Of a stretch of DNA of 64,000 nt, positions 1 to 12,200 are shown in pieces (position 1 is the stretch's first letter; each line of letters begins with the position of its first letter). Under the pieces are notes generated by a model. That model searched no databases. It was not told the origin of the DNA and saw nothing but the letters and a program-made list of their open reading frames with translations. A program made the position numbers and the translations under genes. Origin of the DNA: a virus. Its lineage: Duplodnaviria; Caudoviricetes. The DNA is taken from positions 1 to 64,000 of IMG/VR virus record IMGVR_UViG_3300021426_000006. The stretch is one strand, 5' to 3'.

Positions 1-401
1 TTATAGGTGTTTACACAGAAGATATAAATATGCCTGGATTAGACTATGTGTACTTGGTTTACCTATACGACATGGAAAACCTAAGAACAGATATTTGTGT
101 AAATGGCATAGATTCTGTAAAAAATATAAATAACACACTGTATCATGTTATCAAGTTTCCTATATTTTCGGATTTAAAGAACGTACTAAAAGGTAAGTTT
201 CAGTTATTGTCTAATGAAGGATTAAGTAAGATTTATAACTTTTGGAAAGATTATGATAAGAATGTTGCGAATTATCCATTTTCTAATGTAATTTACAACG
301 AACCTTATTATAAAGCTATTCCTGAAGAAACTTACATACCATTGTTTACGAAGAAACCCTGGGGGATTACTGTTAATCGCAGTGACCTCCAGGGTTTTTA
401 A
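1..401 (+). CDS. Hypothetical protein, probably truncated by the left window edge; last gene of the oppositely oriented block
   Basis: The frame is open from position 3 (IGVYTEDIN-MPGLDY...) to TAA at 399-401, with no in-frame TAG. It converges on the minus-strand block. Confidence 0.75.
   Translation, partial: IGVYTEDINMPGLDYVYLVYLYDMENLRTDICVNGIDSVKNINNTLYHVIKFPIFSDLKNVLKGKFQLLSNEGLSKIYNFWKDYDKNVANYPFSNVIYNEPYYKAIPEETYIPLFTKKPWGITVNRSDLQGF
354..399. terminator. Probable bidirectional intrinsic terminator between convergent gene blocks
   Basis: AAACCCTGGGGGATTACTG-ttaatcg-CAGTGACCTCCAGGGTTTTT forms a long GC-rich imperfect stem with a T-run on the right and an A-run on the left. Confidence 0.7.
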
Positions 402-437
402 TTTTTATTACTATCGTGAATTTTACTGATAGAACGT

Positions 438-3400
438 TTATTTTTTATTATTTTTATAATCAGAATCTGTTCCCCATAACTAATCGAATGCACCACCTAC
501 AGAACTCCATACAAGAGGGTCTTGTTGTAAATACCAGTTAGCTCTACTTTTAAGGGCTCCTGGGTACAAATCTTCATACATATTTCCAAATGGAGTAATT
601 CTCATAATGTTTCTGAAAGCTCTGCTTCTACCTGCATACGATCCACTTTTTATTTCTTCAAGTGGACTATGTCCGCTTAAACCGATTAAGTCGGATAAAG
701 TTGTTACAGCTATCATTAAATCGTTTAATGGAGACAACAGTGTTGATATATTCTTGATAACTTCTAACAACGCTGTCGGGTCAAGTACTGATATAAAAGA
801 ATTTACTAATCTAACAGATGTAAGATACCCGAATCTTTCCCACCAATCATCGTCACCAGCACCTTTTGCAAGAGCTTTAAATAAAGTACTAATTCCTACA
901 AGAGTTACTATAGATAAAACTTCAAATAATACTTTCTTTGCAGCATAATTATATAAATCTCTTGTTTCGTCTGTTACGTTTACAGCGTTGAACATTTTTC
1001 CAATAATAGGTAGCTTGGGTATCATCATTTTCATCCAACCTATTAATCCTTGGTGTATTCCAATGTTGACATTACCAGCATCAATATCCACATAACCGTC
1101 CATTATATCATCTTCTTTAAGAGTGGCTCCATCTTTAATATACCTCTTCTAAAAATCATGAGTATAATTCCAGTTTCTGGCTATAACTGTAAACAAATAA
1201 CTACGCAACGTACCTATAGGTTTTAATAATATCTATAGACCGTATCCAGGGTTATCGGAATTTGGAGTTATACCTAAAGCTTCTGCAAGACGTTGATAAC
1301 ATTTTCCAGTAACACGATTTTCTATACGCTTTGTTATATATTGAGCGTATTCTTGTTTTGGCTGCAAGATACCTTCGTCGTTTAATTCGTATGCATCGTC
1401 TAAAGAAACTGATGACTAGCTGTATATTAATTTTGCTAAGTTTTTTGATTCTTTATACGATAAATGTCTTGCACTTTTTTGATATGCCTTTATAAGACTA
1501 TGTTTTGTATAAAATCCGGTTTCTATAATCCCGTCTCCCTATATAAAACGAACGTTTGATAGAGCCATTGTAAGCTGAAATGCACTATTACTATAATCAC
1601 CAAGAGAAAAACCAAACATACCATCTATATTTTCACTCAGTAGTTTTATAAATCTATTTCTTTCAGTACTATGATAAGATTCTTTTATACTTTTAGAAAT
1701 ACCAAAATGTTGCATTTTTGCAACGAGCATGTTTGTAACCTAAATTCCACCAGCATTGCTAAGAGTATTTGGTCCATGTTTTATTATTTTTCTCCAAGCG
1801 TTTATAAAATCCCTTATAGAATAATCTTTACCTAAAAATGCTTCCAACATACCTCTTATAGCAGATTCAAAAAATCCAACGCTCATTGACGTAAAATTAT
1901 AACCAAGCATTAATTTACGACCAAGTCTTGTAAAATGTTGGATAAATTTAACAAGCAGTTGTTGTTTTTTACCAAACTTTACTGATTGATCACCTATTTT
2001 TGTACGATTGTCATACAACTGGTCATCCATCATATTTCTAAGCTGTTTGACAATATTTTTTGTAGACTGTTGATCGTTTGCTTCTGAAAGACCATAATCC
2101 TCTCTTTTTGCAAGTTGTTCTTTTATTATTTCTAAATCAGAAGCAAGCTGAGTCTTTACAACAAAATTATTAGCCATTTCGGTAAAAGCTATAACAGAAC
2201 CGATAACATCGCTTGTTATTGCTTTTTTATTTTCCAGCATCTTCACAAAACGAACAGGTACGTTGTTGATACGAGTACCGTTTGCACGAATTCTTATTTT
2301 TTCATCGTCGTAGTTTATATCATCGTCGTCTCTATCGTTTAGTTGCCATTCATTTTTCCAGTTGTATTTTAATGCATCAAAAACTTCTTTCATGCTACCA
2401 GATCTTCTTAAAATGGTAAGTCGTCTACCAGTAATTTGCGGTAATTTGTAATTATCTGCGTTTGAATTTGGTATATTTTGGTTATTTTTGCGCATCAGCT
2501 AAATCAATGCATCGTATAAAGCATGTATTTTATCGTTTTGTTGTATAATATCCCACTGTTTACTGTTTTCGTACTTATCGTGTTTTGGCTAAACAAATAC
2601 CGTACTATCTCTATCAAAATTCTAATTATAAAATTGAGAATTTTCATCTATATCAGAAAACTATTGGCTATATTGTACAGTCAATGCACCAGGAAAACGC
2701 TTTTTCATGCCATTGACTGTAAATTGTGCATCTAATTTACTGCCATCGATAATTGTACCCTTAGGAACTTGTCTAGTAAAAACACTTACCAAACCAACGC
2801 TCTCGTGTGCGCCACCAGACTTATCATACCATGTATAAGTGTACTGATATTTTTTAATCAATTCATCTTTTATTTCCTAATCTGTTCTATTGTCTGTTGG
2901 GTGATTATTTCTATAATCACGAAGATCTTTAGACAATATATATTCTATTAAACTAGTAGTGCTATCATACATAACCAGTTCAGTACGGAAATAAGTATCC
3001 CAACGTTTTTCTTCGTCTGTTTCATGCTAAGATAACTGCTCTATAAGTTCTCTTATCTAAGAATCAACATCTTTTAATTCGTCCCAGTACTTAATTTGTA
3101 AACGCTTCTATTCTATGTCAATGCCGTTTTTATCGAATTCAGATATAAGCTTTTTAAGATCGTTTCTTCTCTAACGTAACTCGTCTAGACGCGGATCATT
3201 TATCAACAACACTTTCGACAAAACATAATCGTAAAAAAGAGGATTTACTACAACTGTTGTGTTTAATTTTCTAAACCGTTGCTCTTCTATAGAATTTAAT
3301 CCGTGAACCTTTCTAATTTCTTCTATAGCTGCGTTAAATCGCTATTCATTTTGATTATATTTTACACGCTCGCCTTTCCATTTATTAAACTTAGTTATTT

Positions 3401-6221
3401 CTTTTGCTATTCTAAATTCGTCACCAGATTTGATGGTTCCGTCAGAATAATATTGATTGCCTAATTGCTTATATTCTGTTTGTAACTGCATCAAATTCTA
3501 TTGGTCTTCTGGAGATAACTCCCACGTAGCTTTAATAGAACCTGTTGCAGTTTTTATTACAGGACACTTTGACATAATATTATTTATTCTGCTTTGTATA
3601 TTAGACATTATTTGTCTAGTATCGGGAGAAAGCATTGTTCGACGCATGCGATAATAATCTGCAGTAAACATTCTATCTGCATTTTCACACTGCCATTCGT
3701 CAATAGAATCTGCATAATCTTGTAAAATAGATTTGACAATAGGATTGTCGTCAGGCGGTAGGATAGGATTATTATAATAATCCCATGTTATTTGAGGAGC
3801 GTTTGGACCTAATTGGTATATTAATTCTTGATTAGCTTTATCTACGGCCTTTCTTTTATTTTCTTCCATATCTTCATAAAATTTACCGTGATTTAGCTAT
3901 CTTACAAAATATCCAGTAGGGATTCCTTTTTCGTCCATTTCTTGAAACACAGACTATAATTCTTTTAATCCTAATTTACGCATCTGTGGTAAGGCTTCTA
4001 TATAGAGCTTTATTATTTTACCAGTATCTTTCAATGTAGCATGTCTTATATCTGCATTTGCCGACAATATCATATTTCTGACAATTCTTAACACACGAGA
4101 TTTTGATCTGGAGGCAAGTCCTATATACGGCTACATAGCGTTTACATCTTCAAAAAACTTTCCTGTAATTAATTCGTCATCAAAATTTTCCAAAAACCTA
4201 TCTTTCTCTTGTTCTGTAGTAATATCTTCTAAAACACCTTCATTACCATACATGAAGTCGTGTGTAATTCTTTTAGAAACTACTTCTACAGCATTTTTTA
4301 CTCTTCCAGATATAAGAGAACATGTCATATTCATGTCCCTTAATATTGTTCCGAGTTGATACAATACTCCATTGTGAATTATAGTTCTTCCATCAGACCC
4401 AAGTTTTTCTAGAATGATGTCTATAATAGGTCTATAAAATCCATCTATTGTATTTAATACAGACATTAATTGTTGAGAAGTAACATTATTATAGTTCGCG
4501 GCATATAATAAATCCAACTCTTTAAGAATTCTGCCAAGCTCGTCAACGCCTTCTGATACAAACAACCTTAATTTGTCGTCATATTCAAAAACATCATTCA
4601 GCTTTTCTATTAATTGTTGTACGTCATTTGATTTTCTCGCTTCCTTTGGAACAGTGTGCGTGTATTCGTATACTCTTGTAGTCAACCCGCGCATTATCTT
4701 ATCAACGACTTCTATTAAATCTTTATTTCTAGTTTGGGAACCCTACTAATCTTGTTGACGCTGTGGAACATTTAAATTTGCATTACGTATAATTCGAATT
4801 TCGTCAATGTACTGCATTAATAAATCAGCGCAAACCCTGTTTACACAAGTAGGGTCAGAAAATCTACTAACAACACTTCTATAATGATCACTTATGATAA
4901 TAGTAGCTTCGTTAAAATCTTGGTCAGATATATTCAAACCACTCAACGTATGTTTGAAATATTGTGCGTATTCATCGTATTGATCTTTCAATATACTATC
5001 TGGGTTAGCAGAATATCTTTCAAAAAAATCAATACTGTCTTGGATAAAAAGATTTACTGCGTCTTTTAAACCAAAACCGTTTAATCGTCTATCAAATTCT
5101 ACAACAAATGAATTCGGTGGGGTTTGAAATACACGTCTAGCAGTAGGATCTATAAAATGTAATACGTGCTATTCCTATCTAAGAATTAAAGCTTGTTCAT
5201 TTATTCTGAAAGCAATAGACGCTCTTTGTAACAGATATTCTTTTATTGGGTTTGAAAGAAATCTAAAAGCAATTTTAATCATTTCTCCGAATTTTTTCCA
5301 AAACCCTTGAACGTCTGTTGATCTATACATTATTTCGTCAACAACTTTTTCTTCAAGTCTTACCTGCCAACCTTCAGATCTATCTCCAGAATCTAATTTC
5401 TGTACTACAGATTGAATTAATTCGCTATTCCAAAACATTCTGATATAGTGGTGAATAAGCTCGTGGTTAAACGTGGTAGGATCTGCATCAGTTAAACTTA
5501 TTTGTATAAGGTTAGCAGCAGCATCAAGTCTTCCTGTCTAATCATAGACACCCATTTTACCATTTTCTAGATACTCACAAAACTATATCATTACTTTGTA
5601 CCTACCTTGAGAATCTTTCTCTTTAGATACGAAATAAACATTACCATTTTCATCAATCTTTTTTTCAAGCCCAAAAGCTTTAATTATGTTTTTGTTGATT
5701 GAGTCTACAAGCTTTTTTTGTTTTTCTTTAAGCCATTGTATTTTTTTAGAATGAATTTCGTAAGATGAATTATTTTTTACATCTCCCAAATATTCGTTCA
5801 TATCATCTTGTATTAGATTATGAGTTATATCAGAAAGACTAATATAATCCATTTGATCTAATTTTACAGGCTGATTTATTACATCAGAAAAATCTATAAT
5901 ACGCGGAGTATAATCTATTTTAGGCTCTCCGTTTTCATCAACAACAGAACTGTCTAAAGAAGACATGGTCCAATCTCCGCCTATTTCGTTATAGAACGAA
6001 GAGTAATACATTTCTGCTTTTTCGCGAATAGCGGCTTCATAATCATAGTTATTTTTTGCAAGTAACTATTTAAATAAATCCGATCTTTCTCCGTATGGAG
6101 TAAATTCTAAAGAATATCCATTGTTCTATGACAGAACATAATAGGCAGCATCTTCGCTGCCTAAAATGTCTGCATAAAGATCTAGCAATGGTTTATTTTC
6201 ACTTTTTATTAAACATACCAT
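438..6221 (-). CDS. Large virion cargo/ejection protein (~1927 aa, TAG=Gln) with a zincin HExxH motif and C-terminal hydrophobic helices
   Basis: Fragments at 480, 1539, 1740, 2661, 3498, 4131, 4746, 5175 and 5583 share one frame and end in TAG. ATG at 6221 (MVCLIKSENK...NNGYSLEFTPYGERSDLF), TAA at 438. HELIH at 5451-5465. Position downstream of the RNAP matches crAss cargo proteins. Confidence 0.8.
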
Positions 6222-6233
6222 AACTATAATTTT

Positions 6234-9200
6234 TTAACATTCTCGCTTTCTATTATCTTCATCTCTTAATTTAGACCTAACCTTCTTTAAAATATCACCA
6301 AAACGATTTGGATATTTTGGTTCGATAGGTTGTCCATTTTCATAATTGTGAGTAAATTCTGAATCGCCTGTACGTAAAAGTTGATCAGCGGCAGCTTTGT
6401 TCTACTAGAAAGATCTTAACATCATAACTTCTAAAACTTTATCGCTAATAGCATTCCATTCGTTCACAGTAGTCTAAGACATAGGAATAGATCTTCCTGC
6501 GGATTTAACGTCTTTTCCTTCTTTAGACTTAATATATTCGATAAACTTCCAAAATTGATCGTCAGTAATATCTCCGTGCATCCAAGCAAAATATGCTTTT
6601 GAAGACTAGAAAGCGTGTTCAACACTATTAAATTTCATTTTTGGAGTATTTTTGGCTAATTCTGTTTCAAACGGGCGTATTGCAAAATTACTAAGACTAT
6701 TTGTTTTTTCATCGTATGAAGATACATTTATTGTTCCAGTGTTCTCAAGTATATAAATGCCAAATTTACCAGTATATTTTGGATTTGGTTTAACGACTGT
6801 AAATAATCCATACCTTTCATATAACTCTTGTGCAAGCCACTCTGCAAATCTCTTTGGTAAAGCTGCTTTACCCATTGCGGCAGAAGCTGGGAATACTATA
6901 GTATCGCCATCAAACGAAGAAAGTCTGTCGAACATTGCTTCATTTGCTTCCTTAAACATAGTAAAGTCAGCGTCAGTATCCTAAAAATTACCTTTATCGT
7001 CATAGAACCATCTACCGTGATTATCTTGTTGATACTTCTTCACAATAAGTCCAAACGCATTTGGATTGTATGTGGTATCATCGCTCATTCTAACAACAGC
7101 TTGATTGTTTCCAGTAGTACCTTCTGTAACATTTACCTTAAGAGTAGAACTACTTGGAGTATTCTTACGTCTAGCATATTCAGCCTACATGTTTTCTGTA
7201 AACACAACGGCCGTTCTTGGATTTTTTACAGATTCTGAAGTATATGTTGTAGTAGATACAGATACTTTTTTCTAGGTATTTGTAGAAGGAGTTGCTCCAA
7301 AATCGACAGCATTGTTATACCTATCCTCAAGAGACTTTATATATTTATTATATTGTTCCTCTTCTCCAGGTTCTACTAAGTCGAGAACATTATCTTCAAA
7401 CTTCAAATCAAATAAAAATTTAGTAACGTCATCTAAGAAATTTTCTTGAGTTAAATGTTTATTCCCTCTAAATATAGACACAAGAAGATCTTTGAACCAC
7501 ATTTTAAATTCCTCGAATAAGCTAGTATTCTAAGTTTCATCGAAAGTAATGCTTTTCATTACGTCCTAAACTTCTTTGTTTGATATTGCGCAGGAAATAA
7601 ATTCACCAACATTCTCATACGCATGAGCTAATATTTTTGCTCTGCCTGTAGATTTATTAAACACGTCTTCCTTATTGGCTATAGATATATCTCTAATATC
7701 ATTGAATTCGGGGTCTTTTTGCAATTTCCTCTGAAACAAATCATAATACAACTATAATTTTTCATCAGAAATTGCTCTACCCATAGAATCGAAAGGTATC
7801 GCATTTCTAGTTGCTATGTGTAACAACTCGTGTAATATATTTAAATATTTTCCACCTTGCAAATCTGCATATTGATAATATATTGTCGAATATTTACCAG
7901 TAGATGCTGCCACAGAAGATTTTCCTGATTCTTTGTCAGAATATGGAGTGTTAGTTATAAGTATTTTAATATCCTACTCATTAAACCATTTAAACAAAGC
8001 TTCTGTAAGTTTTACAAGAGCTTCACGTTTTTCTTTTGTATCGTATCCAGGTAAATTATCATTCTTAAGATGTTTTATTAAAACTTCTGCAAAAGCGTCG
8101 TTTACTTTAGTAAATATTGGCTCATTTTTTTGAGACTTTTTGATAGAACTAGTACCTTCGTACTCTTTTATCGAACTATCTTTGTCCTAAGAAGATTTGT
8201 CATATATTTCGTATTTATACCCGTTGCCGGCTAAATACTCTAACAAAGGCTCATCTTTTTCAGAAACTAAGAATGTAACGTTTTTACCAAATTGATCTAT
8301 ATGCTATTTGAAAGTCTAATCTAAAGGATTTCCTATACGATTGTCTTCACGCATTACGAGAATCGTAGATGGCATCCAACCTTCATCATACAAATCCCTG
8401 TTTGTTACAGACATTACTGCATTTGTACCAGATTCATAACCTATATTATATGATACCTGTCCGTCATAATCATCTCCAAAAGACCATTTTCCAGGATTGT
8501 GTCCTCTATCTGTAATAGTTTTAAGAGCATCTAATAACTAAGTACCAGATTTAAGTATAAACTTATCATCCTGTTTCTAGTAAACAGATCCGTTTGTTTC
8601 TCCAATAAATCCTTCAGCTTTTTCTATTGCTGTCTATAAGGGTGTTTTTTCAGATTTAACTTCTTCTCGATGTTCTCCAAACGTTTTACTATAAACTTCA
8701 TTTATAGCATTAATCGCAGCAGTTCGTTTTTCATCACCTATATATCTCACAGGAGTTTTTTGCCTTGCTGTTCTTTCTTCTATATTAGGATCTATAGAAC
8801 GAGTGCCAATACCTGCAAAATTCTTTGTAAGTTTTGGTGTTTCTTCTACAACAAAAGATTTTTTGTCAAAATCATATGTAAACCACTATTCTGTTGATAG
8901 GTTGAATACGTGAACAGGTTTACCTGAATCTATAGCCATCTACACAGCCCAACCAGTACCTCCATCAACCTTGCCGTACTTAAGTTCACCTATAGCAAAA
9001 ACAGCATCTGAATTCTTCACCTGATTCCAATTACGAGCCAACAAAGGAATAATATTTGCTTTACGTTCGTCTGACACATTTTTTAGTCTTTCTAATGTGT
9101 CATCCGCCTGTAATACGTGGGACATACCCTCAATAAAATCTTCCCTACTTATCTATGCGTTGCCGTTTGGAGTTTTATTACCGTAGTAGTAATGAGAAAA

Positions 9201-12200
9201 ATGTTTATCATCATCGGGCATGCCGTAAGAAACACCTATTCTCCACCAGTCTGTATCAGATCCATATGCTCCACCAGAATGCATATGGAAGGTTTTTGGG
9301 TCATTAGAATTATTTGGAGACTTATTATGAGATTTTGCTTGCTCCAACTAAGCTTTTAATTCCAAACACTTCGCAAGCATTTCTTTTGCTATATTCTTTT
9401 CTTCCTAAGTAAAAGCAGATTCTTTGCCTACAAAAAGCAGATCGTCTATCATTTGAGAGCGACCATTATTATTTCTTGCATAAAAATTCTTTATATACTC
9501 TAAGTCGTTATACAAAGACAATATATTTTGCCGTATAGAAAATACTCTATAGTTATATTGCTGAGCAAGGTGAGCCTATCTCATCTTTTCGTCTATATCT
9601 TCTAAATAAGAAACAATAGGTTTGATGTTTTTGCCGAGATCCGTGCTCTACCACATATCAGATTCTTCTATCTTCTTTACAGCGTCGCTTATCAAATCAT
9701 TAAGGTCTGCAATAGAGAATACAGAAGAATATATATAATTTTCTATATTTTTTAACGTTGGATTTGATAATATATCAAGTTCGTCATTAAAATTATATAT
9801 TTTATACTGACCCAGTTTATACATAGAATTATTTGTAATTTTATATATAGGAATTACAGTATTTTTATTAAGCTATATTTGACCGATTCTTTTATATATT
9901 ATATATTTCTGCTGGTTTTCTACGTTTCGTATTGGATTAAGCACACGTATGTACGGGCGGTTTAGTATATTACCGTACGAATCAACAACTGTCTTGCTAT
10001 TCCATGGAGTACCTTTTGAATCTATCTTTACTGGTATAAACACATAAGGTATTCTACTTACACCGTTTTTGTTTACAGTATTGTTAAACACTGAAGCAAA
10101 TGGGGTGTACTATGGATCGTCATGTATCGTAGTTGTTTCACCTGTAACTTTGTCAGTAACATCTCTATCACCTTCCAACGATACCGGTTGAGAAAAATCA
10201 AAATCGTCACAAAGTATTGTTTCGGCTCTATCTACTATAGGATTAATAACGCTATTTTCATACTGGATAGACTAGTCTCCGCTGTCTGCAAATAAATAAG
10301 AAACGTCGTTAAGTTCTTCTATAAGGTTTCTTTCGTGCTCAAAAAGACCATAATCTTCCAGCATTTCAAACGGAACATACTTAAATAGATTATTTCCGCC
10401 AGTATCGTTTGATGTTAATAGAGAATAAAACATTAGTTTTACAGCAAAATCTTTTGTAATCTAATTGTTGTATAATTCTCTCCATGCATCAATATACTAA
10501 TTCGCTTTTTTGTTATCGTCGGTGAATGGTATATGAATCTTAATAAAATCAAGTATGTCTATTACATTGTCTGTTTCACTATATTCATCTTCTACATGAG
10601 CATCGTGTAAAATATTTAGTAGCGCATTGTCTTTAAATTTTTCAGCAACACTCATTATACGGAATCCACGTTTGCCGTTTTCCTTTTTTTCTCTTATAGT
10701 TAATATCTTAAGTCTAACTAATTCGTGAGCTAACGAATATGTGTTTTCTCCATCTTTAAACAAAGTAATTGGATCTATACCGTGACTTTTCATTGCACGT
10801 ATAGCCCATTCATTCTTTACTGCGCCTAAAATAACAGAACGCAATTTAGTCTGTTGATCTTCACTTAAAGAACTTTTCTAAAAATCTGATTTTATTCTAC
10901 GCCATATATACTAAAACCCGTACGTTGCTTCTATAGAATCCTATCTCAATATCGTCGTTAGAGTGTTTATTGCCTTTTTTGTCTTATTGTCTATAAATGA
11001 CAATAATGCTTCGTATGTTGGCTTCGTATAGCCAGATTCTGTTATATCTGTTCCGCCGTTTGCAATAAATTGACCTTGTATTTGTGAGTTTGATGTTTCT
11101 ATAAATTTTCCAAAAGATTGTATGTTTGTACCAAACCCTTGCACATCTGTAAAACCTTCTGTCGTTACACCAAATAACCCAGAAATATCACCGAATACTT
11201 TTGTGGAATCTGAAAGACATTGCGATATAAATCTATCATATTGTTGCAAATAATCCATTTGCGCCGCAATAGTGGATCCATGTTTCTTTGTATCAATTTT
11301 CGTAAACTTTACAATATCCGCAGTAGTTTTAGCCTGATTTGAATTTATCTGATTAAATATTACAACAGACATGTATCTCTGTATAGAACTTTCAGCTACA
11401 TCTGAATCCTTACTGCCATATTTAGCTTCTTGGTATATCTTAGATTTTGACGTATCCTTTTGAACCATGTCATCCATATACGCCTTTTCGAAATCTCTTT
11501 TATAAAGACCGTTCAATGCTGTTCTTGCTAAAGATTTATCCCTGTCACTAATTTCAGACTTACGGATTAATTTATATACATCCTTACCTCTAAAGAGAAC
11601 ATCCCTAACAGTAACATCTCGACCTAATGCACTACTTAACACCTACAATCCAGAAACATTTATAATATTTCCGTCCATATCTGCGTATTGAACAGTTATA
11701 TCGTTTGTTATAACCTTATCTAAAGCATCATCTGGTATAGCTTCGGCAAGTTCTTTTAAATATGTTTCAAATACTTCTTTCTGAGCATCAAATAAAGATT
11801 TGTTGGACTTTTTTAAATATTCTCCAGTAACACCGTTTTGTCTAGATGCAAGTTCTTTTATCACAGGTTGATTTAAAAACCATAACCCGTTTTTACCAAA
11901 CCCAGCTCTTATTAAAAAGTTAGAAATATTATAAGTATACTTGTTTATATTAAGCTTTGTTACAAATGGGTCTTTTGCTATATCTACGTGCGCGTTAATA
12001 CCGCCAGATAGCCAAGACATTATACTGTTTCCGTATATATCAAAACCTCTATTCAACGTAGCCATATCAAGCTTGTCTTCTCCGAGGTTTTTTAGATAAA
12101 GTCCTTTTAACTTAACATCATATATCATAGTGTATATATGATTGTTGTTATTTAAGGCATACGGACCAATACCTATTTTACCAACTACAAAATTGTTTTT

